Assembly: GCA_965153455.1 (NCBI GenBank)
Contig: OZ234493.1
Location: 27,394,213 to 27,458,212 of the forward strand
Source: Sphagnum compactum
Lineage: Eukaryota
Reading direction: 5' to 3'
DNA length: 64,000 nt
This document shows positions 13,451-26,460 of this stretch, piece by piece; positions within the stretch are counted from its first letter, which is position 1, and the number at the start of each line of letters is the position of its first letter. Under the pieces are notes generated by a model, which was not told where the DNA came from, made no database searches, and was given only the letters and a program-made list of their open reading frames with translations. The translations under genes and the position numbers were made by a program.

Positions 13451-15519
13451 TTAAAATTTTGTACTTTACTCTTGGTCTTGTAGTCAAATTTGGGTAGGGC
13501 AGATAGGCTGGTGAGCGAACAATTAAGAACTCAAAAGGAGGTCCAATCCTCACACATTGTTCCTATGCTTCTGAAGCTCAAAGAACATTTGTCACCCTCT
13601 TCTTAGTGCTTCCAACATTGCAAAAAATTGCTCAATTTAGTAAAGGGAGAAATATGAGGGTGTTTGGTGTAAGGGGGTTTAGTGTTTTGGTCATGAGTGA
13701 ATTTAAAACAGGTCAGAATTTAAAACAGGCCCAAAAAAACCCCTGGTTGGTAAAAAAACACCTGGTAGGTAGGTAGGTACTATCTACCTACCTAGTAGAG
13801 AGGCATGAGGCTGAAGACAAGAGCCACACACAGACACACACATGTGCAGTGAACATCACTCCTTTCCTTCCTTCCTTCCTTCCTTCTTTCCTGCTCAAAG
13901 ATTCTTGTCACTTGCAGCAGAGCCTGCCTGCCTGCCTGCCTGCCTGCTAGTGTTTTGTGAAGAAAAAAGAGATTGGGTTTGATTGCAACTGGCCCATGAA
14001 CCCCTCCTTCCCTTGTGGATCACGCATTGAGTCCGCAGAATCTGCAGTTTCGGGAACAAACCCAGCACAAATTGTTCCCCATCTCCCGGCTTTTTCTGCA
14101 TCTCTTTTTGAACCGTATCGTCTGTGTGTCAAGATCCAAGTCCTGTGGGACGTCCAGGATGATAATAATATCCAGATGATCAATCCCTGCCCACATTTTA
14201 TTAAAGAAAAAAAGCGCCAATCCCGAAGGGAAAGTGATGGGGGAAAAAAGAAAAAGAAAAGAGAGATCCAAAGTCTTAAGAAATGAAATTATTCTTGTTT
14301 TTCTTGTTCTAGTTCTTCCTCCTCCTTCCTTTTTCCATTGTGTTTGTTGCTGCTGATAATATTCTGAAGGAGCTTTCAAGTCTTCCTTTTGTGTTTGTTT
14401 GTTTGTTTTTTTTTTTTGGGGGTTGTTTGGGTGTCCAATTCTGCAGGCCAGTCAGTGCCTCTTCTCTAGCTAACTCTATCTCCGTCTTTTCCTTTATGGG
14501 TGGGGTTTGGAAAAGAAAAAGTAAGTAACTAGAACTTGGATGTGCGAAATATTTTTTTGTTGCAGGGGTCACATACTGAGTGAGCACCACCTCTGGAGAT
14601 GCTCTTTTTAGGCATCATCTTGTCATGTGCTTGCAGGAGTGATCATGCTACAAACTCGACACTGAGTTTGCCTGTGAAATTCGTCATGTTGGGCGGCTGA
14701 CAATATGAGGAAGACTTTATAACTGGAGTTGAGAAGTTCCTCTGTAGTTCCTGTTCATGGTCTACCCTCGTAAACAGAATCCATTATGAGATTTTGCTGC
14801 TACCCATCATGATATGTTTCTAGTACAAACTATGTGAAGCACATATATGGGATTTTCTAAGCTCGTTCTCTTCTTTGCTCCACTGACTAAACAAAGAAAG
14901 CCTTTTGTCTGTTGCAGAGCTGCTCTGCTGAATTCATGGTGGGATCAAGCACTACTGCATGTACTTCTGCTGCAGGAGGCAGGCGAGCGAGCTTTAGACT
15001 CTAGAAAGTAGTTGAGAGACACCCAATTACAGGAGGGAGCTTTGGGGTTTGGTCTAGCTTGTAGATCAACTGTTTTTCCTTTTCTGCTATGGAGAAACCA
15101 AAACTGGAGGAGGAGCAAGCTCCTGCAATGCCAGTGCGGTTTAGGGGGAGAGCAGCACTTCGGTCTATCCAGGTACACCAAAAAAAATCTCACATCCTTC
15201 TCTTCAACAACATTCAAAGCATTGTGTTCTAGGTTTCAAACCCAGCTGCAGCTTGAACACCGTGGATTTTTCACATGTTCTCAATATCTTCAGAAATTCA
15301 TGAAGCTGCAAGATTCACGAAGAGTTGTCTTATTTTCTTTTAGCAATTGCAACCAGAATTATGAATAATGGCAAGCTGCACCTGCACTTGTAACCCACAT
15401 GAATGTGCAGCACAATGCTTTGGGGAATGAATGAATTTCTTTCTGGATTGAATTCTACAATTAGAAATTTTATGTAGATCGGAATTCAACTGACAGTGTG
15501 ATTGATTGATTGATGGGTC

Positions 15520-17453
15520 ATGACAACATTGATCACGCATCAGGTGAAACGAGACAAGGGTTACATTCTTTGGATTTACAACATCTATCTACACGCGCTG
15601 CAGCTGTCGCTCCCATTGTTCTTTCTCATCATGCTATCCAGTCCAATCTTGTTGAGCATACCTTTCACCGGATTTTTCATGCTGGATATCGAAGGGTTAT
15701 ACATCCCTGCAGATGCTCAAAGGCCAGAGTCAAATCGCGGAATTATCAGCAGCAGCTGGTCATGGTGGAACAACAACAACAGCAGCAGCAGCAGCAGCTC
15801 CTTGGACCAGACTCCTGCTGGATTAACAACAGCTGAGATGTGTTTCAAAGTCTTCATTTTCAGTTTGTCTTTATCAACTACATTTGGTGGCACTCGGGTG
15901 GAAGCACGCTCACCGTATGCTCTTCTCTTGGCCAATTTGAACACGTTGCTGGCTCAGCTTATCTTTGTGTTCCTCAGTGGTGCAGGTATGGTGGATGTGC
16001 ACTTCTAGACCATGGCAGTTATTTGATTTTTTTTCAATTTTTGTGAGTCATGATTATACATAAAAAACTATTTGTTAGATTCTTTTGAGAGCCATGAACC
16101 TTAATTACCCGCTTGATAGCTGCCAGGGGTTTGTGAATGCATATGATAACCACCCAACATTGGTTATGAGTGCACTACTAACATTGTCATGTTTGAACTT
16201 TCTATTAATTGTAGTTTTAAAGATTTGTTTCTCAGCAATTTCATAGATACATGGAATTTTGGCCAGTGCCCTAGCTACTTCACTGAATTCAAAACTTGTG
16301 TTGTTTTTATTGTCAACACATAATGATAAACAACTGCTGCCTAACCTGATAAAAGGGTGATGTCCAGTGCAGTGTTTCACAGGCTATCACAACCTAGAGA
16401 ACCAGTTCGGTGGTCCAAAGTTGCACTCATAACCAACGACATGTTCTCGGTGGCTGAGGCAAGAAACCAAAACAATAAGGGCACTGCAAACGCAGAGACA
16501 AAAGACCAACCTCATCAGCCTGGCAACACCTACAAGTACAATCCTATATCTTCTTTTGTTGCACATGAATCTTGTGACTGGCATGAGAACTATGTCATTA
16601 TAGCTTGCTGAGGAGCTCCTGATGTTGGTTTTTCATAAGCCTTTGGGAAGTTAATACAAAGCCTTTTTTTCTCTGTCTGTTTTTTGTGGATGTATTTTAT
16701 TTCTCTGTTTGAAAATCAAGATTTTTCTTCCAATGTGGGTGTGCAGATCTTTCATGATGCGACTGAATCTGATGGACCCAAAACAGGTGATACTTATAGA
16801 ATGCAAATTTGAGTTGACGTATAGACGCTTTCTTACCGAAAATGGGAACCCAGCTCCGTTCATCAATCATGTGTCATTGAAATTGGTGCGACCTGAAGTT
16901 GCTTACTTGAAGTATGGCTTAGTTGTGCGGCATATTATTGATGAGGAAAGTCCTTTGTATGGCATGGATCTTGAGGTACTCCCAAAACCTCTCACCAGAT
17001 TGTTGTTAAATTCAATTTTGTTTGGATTTTCTGTTGCAATCAGTTTTGTAACATTTTGGAATGATTTTATTTCAAGGAATGGTGACTTTTATTCCCATGA
17101 AATCCTCCATGAAAATCTAAATCTGACTTTGGGTAATATGATTTGTTGCTTGATATTTGTTACATTGTACATACAGCATTTGCATGTATTGTTATCTGTT
17201 GCTAATTATGTGACCCAACTTGTTTCTCAAAATATATTTTCAGGAACTTAATTCTCGAGATGCATCCTTCACTATTACCATATCTGGTATTGAGCGCTCA
17301 TCAATGCAACCTGTATTTAGTGAGAACCTTTACACTGTCTATGATGGTGAGGTTTTGTGGGATCGCCAATTTCAGGACCAAATTATAACAGATAGACACG
17401 GCCATTCCTTGTTTGACTGCAACTTGATTGATCAATTAAAACCCATGAAATGA
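15520..17453 (+). CDS. Inward-rectifier K+ channel superfamily protein (Kir/KirBac fold), 355 aa, non-canonical pore; exons 15520-15985, 16373-16535, 16747-16975, 17244-17453
   Basis: Three GT-AG introns with matching phases (1, 2, 0) give 1068 nt in one frame. Slide helix/TM1 YNIYLHALQLSLPLFF; pore helix/filter FIFSLSLSTTFGGT; TM2 ending SGAVFHRLSQP; cytoplasmic IRK-C motifs FMMRL, RHIIDEESPLYG, ISGIERSSMQ and EVLWDRQFQD, matching Kir/KirBac consensus (GxxFxxxSxP, HxIDxxSPL, EILWGHRF). Confidence 0.9.
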
Positions 17454-20400
17454 GTGATCAGACTACCCCATAGGAATCATTTCAATAGCTTTTCACTTAC
17501 TAAATTTTCTGGACCTACATTTGACAAGGTTTGGCCTATCGATACTCGTGCGGCTGTTGAAGAGGATGAGTTATAATCAAAGCAAGATGCAAAAAAATTG
17601 CATGTGTATGCATGGAAGCCAGAAATTTTCCCACAAAATGATGTCAAAATCTTGGATTGTTCAACGTTGGATGCTTCCCAATTTGAGAATCATGCCACCC
17701 TTCCAACCTTCGTTCCAGTAGAGACAACAACTCTGGACTGTGTTCATAGAATGCCTTTTTGGTAGTCTAGATGTCAAGATCATTTGTATGAGATAGTGTA
17801 ATTGATCTTACACAAAACTGTGCATATTATTGTGTTCATGTCCAAGGTCATAGTACTATTGAAGAGAATAGAGTGTCTGGATTCCACCATGTTGGACAAA
17901 ATTACAGAATGAAAAGAAGAATTACTCAATGAGATGGAAACAATTTGAAATATTAGAGACTTTGGATACTGAATTACTTAGATGTGCATGTTTTGCCCAA
18001 TCTTGGAGGACCTTGCGGAATGGTTTTTTTGCGGTTGAATTGAGTATATGCCAAATCCCACAAGAATTGAAAGTAAAACACCACAAGAGGGAAAAAGCCC
18101 ATCATTGGATGGGTGATCAACTAAGTGGAAGTGTAATGTTGCAACCTACAGAGCTCACCTTCAAGAGGAATTTGCAATACTTCCAACATGGCAAAGAGCT
18201 TATTGGGTTGTGCTGATTTTGCATAGTGTTGAAGGTGTTTTCTTTTGTGTTGGGAATGATCTCTCATGAAGTAGTAGTTGCACATACAAGGAGAGGAGCA
18301 ATGCATTGACTTTTAGTCCACATGGACAAAGCATTGTGATCTAATGGACCTTACACTATGTGTGCTACAAGATTGTGTGTGGTTTTCAATCTTATGTTTT
18401 TACACTTCGGTTTGTAAAAGTCTCCAATAACTTCAAGCTTGGTTCTATTCTTAGTTGCAATCACAAAAAATATGGTACAAATGTTAACTTTCTTAGAATC
18501 ATTTCCATGAAGCTATTGCTCAAACAAGATCAACTACGAATTGTCGTGTACCAATGTAAACATGAAATTGCCAATCAAATTTCATGGAATTGGTGAAAGT
18601 TGAAGTCATCAAGTGTAGAGACATAGTTTGACATTTTATCCAAGTTGAAAATTAACTTTTGAAGTTCTATTGCAAATTGAATTGTAGTATAAGTGACAAG
18701 TTCAATTGTTAACAAGAGAATTGGTTAAATTTGTACAAAATGGTGGGCTAGCTTCCAATGAGAAATGAAACACTTGTCAAGATTATAAATTCATTGGATG
18801 GGTAGGAGTCACAACATGAATGATTCCTTTTTGAGTTGTGACATGAATGAAATTGGAAAATAAAGTCTTTTCATCATGCAATTATTTTCTTTGCATGTGC
18901 TTATGTTTTAATATTTTTCCCTTGTTGTCAAGCAATGTTATTGTGAATTCATCACTAAATTAGGGTTCCAAAGCTTGTAATTCTTATTCGAACATGGATT
19001 GCACCAATTAGTTATACCATGTCATGACTTTTGTATTCAAGCAACTTTTTTTTTGTTAAACACTCTTGAAGTCAAACTCCGGAAACTTGCTTCTTAAGAA
19101 AGTTTTGCCTTTGAGGTCATGATTCTTCCTTTATATTTTTGTTCAAGCCACAATCATAGTTTACTACTTTTCACACCAAATATCCAATCATCCTTTGATT
19201 GTGGTTTTGTCCTATTAGAAGGCTCATCTTGTAGTGGTTTGATGCCTTTTACTCTTGTAATTGTGGTGGTTTTGGTTAAATTGCATCTCCATCATTGATG
19301 GGGATTTTTTTTTTTGGCACAATCTCAAACTTCAATTTGGTTTCCAATAAATATTTGCTTACATTGCATTTTGTGATATTGAAAGATATCTCTTTATGGT
19401 CCTCTAGAAACAACAAAGGGTTGAGATTAGATTGCCAACCTACACTAACATTAATTTTCTCTTTTGTGTAGGATCATATTTGTAAATATATTGTATAACG
19501 GTGTTTTTGTAGTGAATTTTTGCCATTTTGTCAAAAAGATTTTTGGAAAAGGAATATTCTTTTTCAAATTCCCTGTGTTTTGGGAAAAAAATTGTTCAAA
19601 AACTAAATTAAAAATTAAAAATTGCCACAACTACCTAAAAACATGAAAGGGTGCTTAAATTTTTTTATAAATTTGTTTATTCATATTTCAAATATAGCCA
19701 AATTGGGTGAAATATTCTTATGGATGATTGCTACTTGAGCAACATCCCAAAATTGAAAACATAAAAGAAAAAGCAAGGCTATCAAGTAAAACATTTGTGG
19801 CAATTAAATAAGCTTCTTTCATTTGAGGATTTTGTATTTTTTTTGGGTAGAAAATGTGAGATGGATAGTCCCATATGTGGTATTGAGAGGCACATTTTGT
19901 TTTGAAGTCTTGGGACCTCTTGTAAATTTTTAGTTTATTTTTAAAATTAAAACATGAGGAAGAATATTTTACCAACTAATTGTCAACAATTTTTAGCACC
20001 AAGGGTTGGAATGTACTATGTCAGGCATGTTCCACCTTGGAACCCGTTGAGCCATGGTTTTTTTGGGTGGCAAATTTTTTGCATTATTTTTCGACCCGAA
20101 AATAATGATTTCGACACATACAAAGGATTTTTGTGGGAAAAAAATGGCATCACAGAGCCAGATTTTGAAATTTAATTAAACTTAAAATAGGTTCCAGAAA
20201 ATAGCCAAAATATAATATGATTATTTTTAAAATTACTTTCATATAATCTGGCTATAGCCAAATTTGGCTAAATCTTCTTCTAGAAATTTCCCATATTGGC
20301 TATATCACCCCCCCCCCCAAAATTAGAAAAAAACACTTGGTCCCACCTAAGGAAATGCCTAAGAAAAGTACTTGAATAAGACACCAAAATGGATCATGTA

Positions 20401-20622
20401 TTGAATAATGTATTTATGAAAAAAGGTTCTACATATGATGAATATTCACTTAGAACTAGTTGAAGCAATCAAGGGGACATTAGTGAATTCACAACAGCCC
20501 TATCATTTTAATATATTTTAAAAGGATAATGAATACTTGCTACTACCTTTTAGATTCCTTCAGAAATGAATCATGATTAGTTTGTACTAATTTGCATGGA
20601 ACTTTTGCCCTCAAGAAAGAAG

Positions 20623-20626
<4 letters not shown>

Positions 20627-20657
<31 letters not shown>

Positions 20658-20671
20658 TGTGTGTGTGTGTG
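20627..20671. repeat. Compound microsatellite (GA)n(GT)n
   Basis: Directly visible dinucleotide runs. Confidence 0.9.
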
Positions 20672-23449
20672 TTTTGTGAAGATGGGGGGTGAAGAGGCAA
20701 AAGAGGAACTACTAGTGAAACTAGCAACGTCCATCCGCTACGGATCCATTGGATGTCTGTTATGACTTAGTTGTGGATGAATGGCAACTGAGTCAATACC
20801 TGGTTTCATCTTGGTAACCCATTTGTAAATAGGTCCTATGTATAGGTAGATAGGTAGGAAAATCGGTGACTAGGTACTAGTTAAGTAGATTGGTTTGTAT
20901 TTTGTACATTATGTAAGGGCTGTTTTTACTACCTACCTACCTACTAATGACCTGCACGCAGGCTGAAAATAGGTAGGTAGTAAAAAAAGCAATGGAGCTT
21001 TTCTAGTACCTACCTAGTTACAGCCTCGGGTCATACTAGCCTCATAGGGTTCTTGATACCAATGTTGATACCATTGTTGATAGGATGTTAAATCAGCAAA
21101 GGGGCCTAGTTGCGGGCAATATGAATGAATTTCATCCGTATTGAGCTGATTCTTGTCTTCTTTTTTTTCCCCCCCTAGCTGCCCATTTGCCCATCCAAGA
21201 TGTGTCTGATAATAGGGCATGTTTTGGATCTTCTTCCCCTACACTACACTACACCTAATGTCCATTATAGGCCCCAAAAAACATGCATAACATGGAGCCA
21301 AAATTTTGTGCTGGGCAGCATACATCTTAAGAGAAAGATGGGATGGGGCTATGGGCAGACAGTGAAAAAAAGAAGAAATGCAGCACTACTTTTGTATTAT
21401 TGCCATTTAGGACCATTGTCTTCTTCTGTGTTAGATGCCATGCACATGTCTATAGTCTATACCAAATTGAAACTACCAAACCAACTTAAACATAGTACTT
21501 TGTACTTAAAAAAGTTCTAGAAGTATGTAAGGGGAGGGAAATGATTTGATATTCCTCTCAATTCAAAGATCTACTCCATTCTTTATGGATCTCATTTTAT
21601 TTCCTACGAGTGTTATTTTTTTGGTTCAATTAGATTTAACTAGTCTTATGTTAAGGAATACAAATTGTTATATACGAAGTGATTTGAGGCAATTTGAAGA
21701 GCAATTATATTTTAAAACTAAGTAAAAGTTAGTGTAAATATCATGGAATGGAACCTTGCATATTTTGCATCTTTAATATTTTGCGTGATGATTTTTTTGG
21801 GACATGGGCCCTTCACATTGCTGTCGTTATGTTATGTTTGTTTCATGAGTACATTGCAAGCCGAAAGACACACAATGTATTTATTTAACGTGAAAGAATT
21901 TTCCATAATGCACTATACTTTGTGTATTGAACCATACGTTAAAAAGGACCATGTGACCCATGTGGGCCAGCACCCACCAGTGCACCATCCATTGGAAACC
22001 CTTTATGACTTAGTTGTGGGTAAATATCAGTGTTGGGCAGGTATCAAAAATTTGACCCATGTATCAGCTGGGTATCAGCTGGGTATTACGTGGGTATCAA
22101 CCCTTGAACACTTGAGAATATCATATTTTTGTGATATCTGAACAGATATTGAATCCCTGGATATCAATTTGTGTGAGAATCGACCCTGAAATTTTTTGGA
22201 CCCTTTTCACACCTTTCAAAATGTTGATACCCAGGGTGAGATAAAAGGGGTGAAAAAGGGTCAGGATATCAGGTTTAATTCTTGGCTATTGGTGTGAAAG
22301 AGGAAGCCCCCAATCAGGTGCTGAAATTTTAAATCCTTTGCGAAAACCAGATCCGATGATTATTATCTTTTTAAAATCATACCACCCAACAACACTGGGA
22401 AGTATCATAGGTAGGTAAGTAAGTAAGTAGGGAGCATAAGAGCATCCTCCAGCCCCCGTGCTCTGCAGATGTTCTGCACAGTAAAATTGGATGAACAAAA
22501 GTCAAAACATGCCGGTTTAGCTAAGGAACATTGGTTTTGACTCGTCATGATTGTCGAATTTACAGTGCCTGGTGAAAGGGGGCAGCAACATTGTGCACCT
22601 GCAGAAACGAGTGTAATAAATAGGATCTGACTGCTTGCTGCTCAGTATTTCCGATTGGCCCATCATACTGATTCGTCCAGGTGGTTTGCTATTTGTAGTT
22701 CCCCCACCTATTTGCTGTCCCAGTTTTATGGGTGGGATTGAAAAAAGGGGGGAAAAAAACTAAACTTGGATGTGAAAAATATATTGGCAGGGTCACATAC
22801 TGAGCACATGCCTGAAGATGCTCTAAGCAGGTAAAAGCACTGGATGATTACTAGGTAACTTATACATGTATGTGGATGGTTAATTAGTACATAGCTAACC
22901 ACTGTGATTAGCTAAATGGAACAGGAATTAACAATGAAAAACTTTCATGTCCACACATCATCCATCTTGCATGGTGTGTTGGTGGGAGCTGGCTGGATTC
23001 ACTTCTCTTCGGCCTTCTAATCTTGTGTTGTTGCAGCATGTGCGTAATGCCCGTACTGGAATACTAGGGCAAATTAGGTAACACATTGTGTGTGGGGGAC
23101 TATTATATATATGCGGTGCACACAACAATGCCTGCAAGTGTTGTGCTTGCCCTTTATATTATACGTATTTGGTATGGTCCATATCTTCCACCAATTAGTG
23201 GCCAACCGCATATCACCTAAGCTGGCACACCCAATAACAAATGTTGAGGAGTAAGAGTGATCTAATGTTCAACAACCCATTCAACCAGACACAAACAGGT
23301 TGGTTACAAAGGAATGGAAACAATGATTGCCAAGGGAAAGGGGTCCACAACTTACATGCTGCTGCTTGCTACTAAGGTGAGGTGATCTCAAACTTCATTC
23401 AATCTGTGGTGTTGACCAGTAGTGTTGGGTGGTTGGTTCTCTCTTTTTT

Positions 23450-23765
23450 TTGGCTTTGCCTACCAAGGCGAGGATATTCTGCTTGGATTCATTATAGAGT
23501 ATAGTAGCTTAATGGCCCCTCGAGAATATTAGGTCTATTTTTATGTGAGGATTTTTGAAAGATGATATTTTGGCTTGTGTTGAAACTTGAGATTAGTTAC
23601 AGAGTTATTTTCTCTTGAAGGATTTTGGTTTCCTTTAGAGGCTTTTTTTTGCAGAAGATTATATTTTTGCATGGTGAAATATTTGAGTTTCCATAATTCT
23701 CCTTTTGCCTTAAGATACTTTTCAATGTAAATGGCAAGGCCACAATGTGACACACCCCTTGTTTT
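23450..23765. repeat. ~300-bp dispersed element, copy 1 (others at 49387-49665 direct and 55495-55825 inverted)
   Basis: Shared blocks GATTCATTATAGAGTATAGTAGCTTA, GATATTTTGGCTTG..AAACTTGAGATTA and GAAGATTATATTTTTGCATGGTGAAATATTTGAGTTT.CATAATTCT. Confidence 0.9.
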
Positions 23766-23791
23766 TCACGGAAAGAACCAAGGAGTAAAGT

Positions 23792-23794
<3 letters not shown>

Positions 23795-23822
<28 letters not shown>
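23795..23822. repeat. (AT)n microsatellite
   Basis: Directly visible. Confidence 0.9.
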
Positions 23823-24616
23823 TCTTGATCGACAATTTCCAAAAACTCAAAGAATGGGTTTTGTGTTTTGACCCATAACCATATGGATCTCAAAAAATCA
23901 AAGAACTGCCCAATATAGAGGGACTTGGCATCTCGATATTATTGTTGTGGTTAAAAGGTCAAAGGTTCAGATGTTCTCTAGATCACTCTCATGCCAATAA
24001 GTATTGAATTGAAGAATGCATCCCTTGTATTGCATCATCCCATGCAAGAATAATAATCCCCGTCGATTTGAAAACTAAGAAACCCGACAATCAATCAATC
24101 CATGTGTTTTGTGACAGGAAGTATCTTCAAAACAGTCAATTGAAACAAATTGTTGGGCTTGCTGGTGCACACTTTACTTGTGGGTTCTCAAATGTATGTA
24201 ATGTAATGGAGTTTCTCCAAAGGGGAGCAAAGCCCATGAGGACATCACCTTCAATGAATAATAATCAAACCCCATATTTTAGGTTTTTAATCACAACAAC
24301 TCAAGGTGATCTGCCAAGAGGGTCCTACTAGCTCAAGTTGCTACATTCCCTTGTCCCAAGAAGAATGTGATGAAGAGGAGGATATCATGATCCCTTTGTC
24401 AACACCACTTCTTGGCCCACCTACTCCTCCACAATCAGTGGAGCTTGTTCCTTTTTACGCTAGGATGGGTTTTTGTTTTTTTTCGGGGTTTGTCAGCCAA
24501 TAAACTATTTCATGCTGCAAAACCTTTTGGCATGAGCTCAAATAATGCACAACAATACATGAAGTAAAATGGATTTGGCTCTATAAAGAAATATGGGCGC
24601 AATTCACTCAATGTTT

Positions 24617-24734
24617 CACTCATTTTGTAATGAAATTCATGAAAATTTATCATAGTGAATTTGTAATTGAAAGTGTGAACGTTCCTTCCACTCATTTTGT
24701 AATGAAATTCAGGAAAATTTATTAGAGTGAATTG
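24617..24734. repeat. Short tandem duplication (~45-bp core, period ~72 bp)
   Basis: CACTCATTTTGTAATGAAATTCA.GAAAATTTAT at 24617 and 24689. Confidence 0.8.
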
Positions 24735-25538
24735 AAAGTGTGAACAACCATGGCGAGAGCAGCTTCACCCCTTCTCAGTGCTCCGTACGTATGTGGCCCT
24801 GCAATAGTATTTCTCACATCCAAGATTTTGTTATTTATTTATTCACAACCTCATCCATAAAACTAAAATTGGGACTACAAAAAGGTGAGAGACTACTAAT
24901 AGCAACCCATATGGACCAATCAAACCATCTGGCCAAAATCTACAACAGATTATGTATTATTAATGTACACCTACTAAATAGGTTTGGTAATTTTTTTGTG
25001 TGCTAAAAGATTGCCACCCAACTAAGTTGCACGTATGAAAACATTCACATAAATTATTTCACTTCTAAAGTAAAGGTCCTTTTACACCAAATAGTCAACT
25101 CCACAATTGAATAGGACATAATGTGGTAAAATAATTTATGAATTTGGTATGATGAGATCAATAGATGAAGTGTAATGTGGGTTCAATTCCTTGTGTTTGA
25201 CTAAATTGTTGCATGTGTCATGCACCAAAATATTAACACTTACAACTATCATTATGCACACACATAAATCATCCCAAATGGCACCTTACTTCCAAATCAT
25301 CTTCATATATATGGGGTTAAGGTCCCTCTCAACCAAATAATAATATAAAAAATTTGTTTAGTAAATCCATTGAGAGTGAACACTTTGGATTCAAGGTGGG
25401 AAGATTAGTAGGATAGGTGCAAATGTGAGCCTCATTATTAGTCATTTAGTTGTAATCCTCCCAAATCCTCAACCAAATGTGAATCATCATCAAGAAAAAC
25501 TTAATATATTCCTACTATCTACCTATAGGAATAGGTAC

Positions 25539-26460
25539 CTAAATTTTGCATAAGGCACTAGGGGCAAACTCATTTTTTAATTGATATTTCTTCAAATGAT
25601 AGCGTAGGACATCCATATGGCAACCTTTGGAACATTGATTGCAAATCAACATGATGGGAGCCTTAGTAGATTGCCCACACAACATACAACATAATCCAAT
25701 AGGAAAAACCACCAAAAAATGGATCAATTTGGCCATCCACATTATAACGATGACATGACACGTAATAACACACATGGGTTTTAGGTCTAACCATCTTTGC
25801 CTTCTAACTATAACACATCATAAGGTAGCACCTTCTCTGTAAATGCAAAATATGACATACCATTATCACACTATCAAGTTATTTGCTATAAGTATACATA
25901 ATCTCCTAGTTTGAATCTACATAATATTTGAGGTTGATAATCACCTCTTTGAATAATGGTATATTGCAATGTATCCTGATGTTAAACAATTGTCAGATTA
26001 TCCATAAACATTGGCATTAATGTCAAAATAGAATTATTTGTTGTTCACATGCTTCAAACACACAATTGGATCATCCAAGATAAATATTGTCATCACATTT
26101 CATTGAACTAAAGCTGATAGTTTGAATTCACAACCAAAAATAAAAAGTAAGAGATGAATGATGCAAAAACAAATTGCCAATTGAGCCTATAACCCATAGT
26201 CAACTATGGTAATTATTAATCATAATTTATAGTATTGCATTTTTGAAACCCATATTTTTGTAAATCTTGTTTCAGCATCTACACCATCCATTCACCTAAC
26301 TCCTCTATTTCAAAATGGTTTCTTGAAATTGTACAATGATTGATTGATGCTTTCTCATACAACTTTTGGAATTCTTAACAAAATTTTGTACTTTGATTAG
26401 TGAGGAATTTGGCTATAGTACCAAACCTATTAAACACCCCATCAAAAAATGCATAAACAA
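25539..26460 (-). mobile_element. Decayed Ty3/gypsy LTR retrotransposon integrase C-terminal region with PHD finger
   Basis: Minus-strand remnants such as QLP*LTMGYRL and LMPMFMDNLTIV*HQDTLQY (integrase C-terminal motifs), followed by CMLCGQSTKAPIMLICNQCSKGCHM (C4HC3 PHD start). Many stops and frameshifts; no LTRs found. Confidence 0.75.

Noticed and set aside
13895-15519. Multiple 60-120 aa ORFs upstream of the channel as separate genes or conserved uORFs
   Set aside because: Many rely on TTG/GTG starts or are low-complexity, with no recognisable motifs; probably leader and intron sequence.
17930-19350. Possible Ulp1-like peptidase remnant of a transposon on the minus strand (CLNTKVMTWYN*LVQS; SCGVLL)
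   Set aside because: Looks like decayed repeat-derived coding sequence, but the motifs are too weak and stop-ridden to assign a class.
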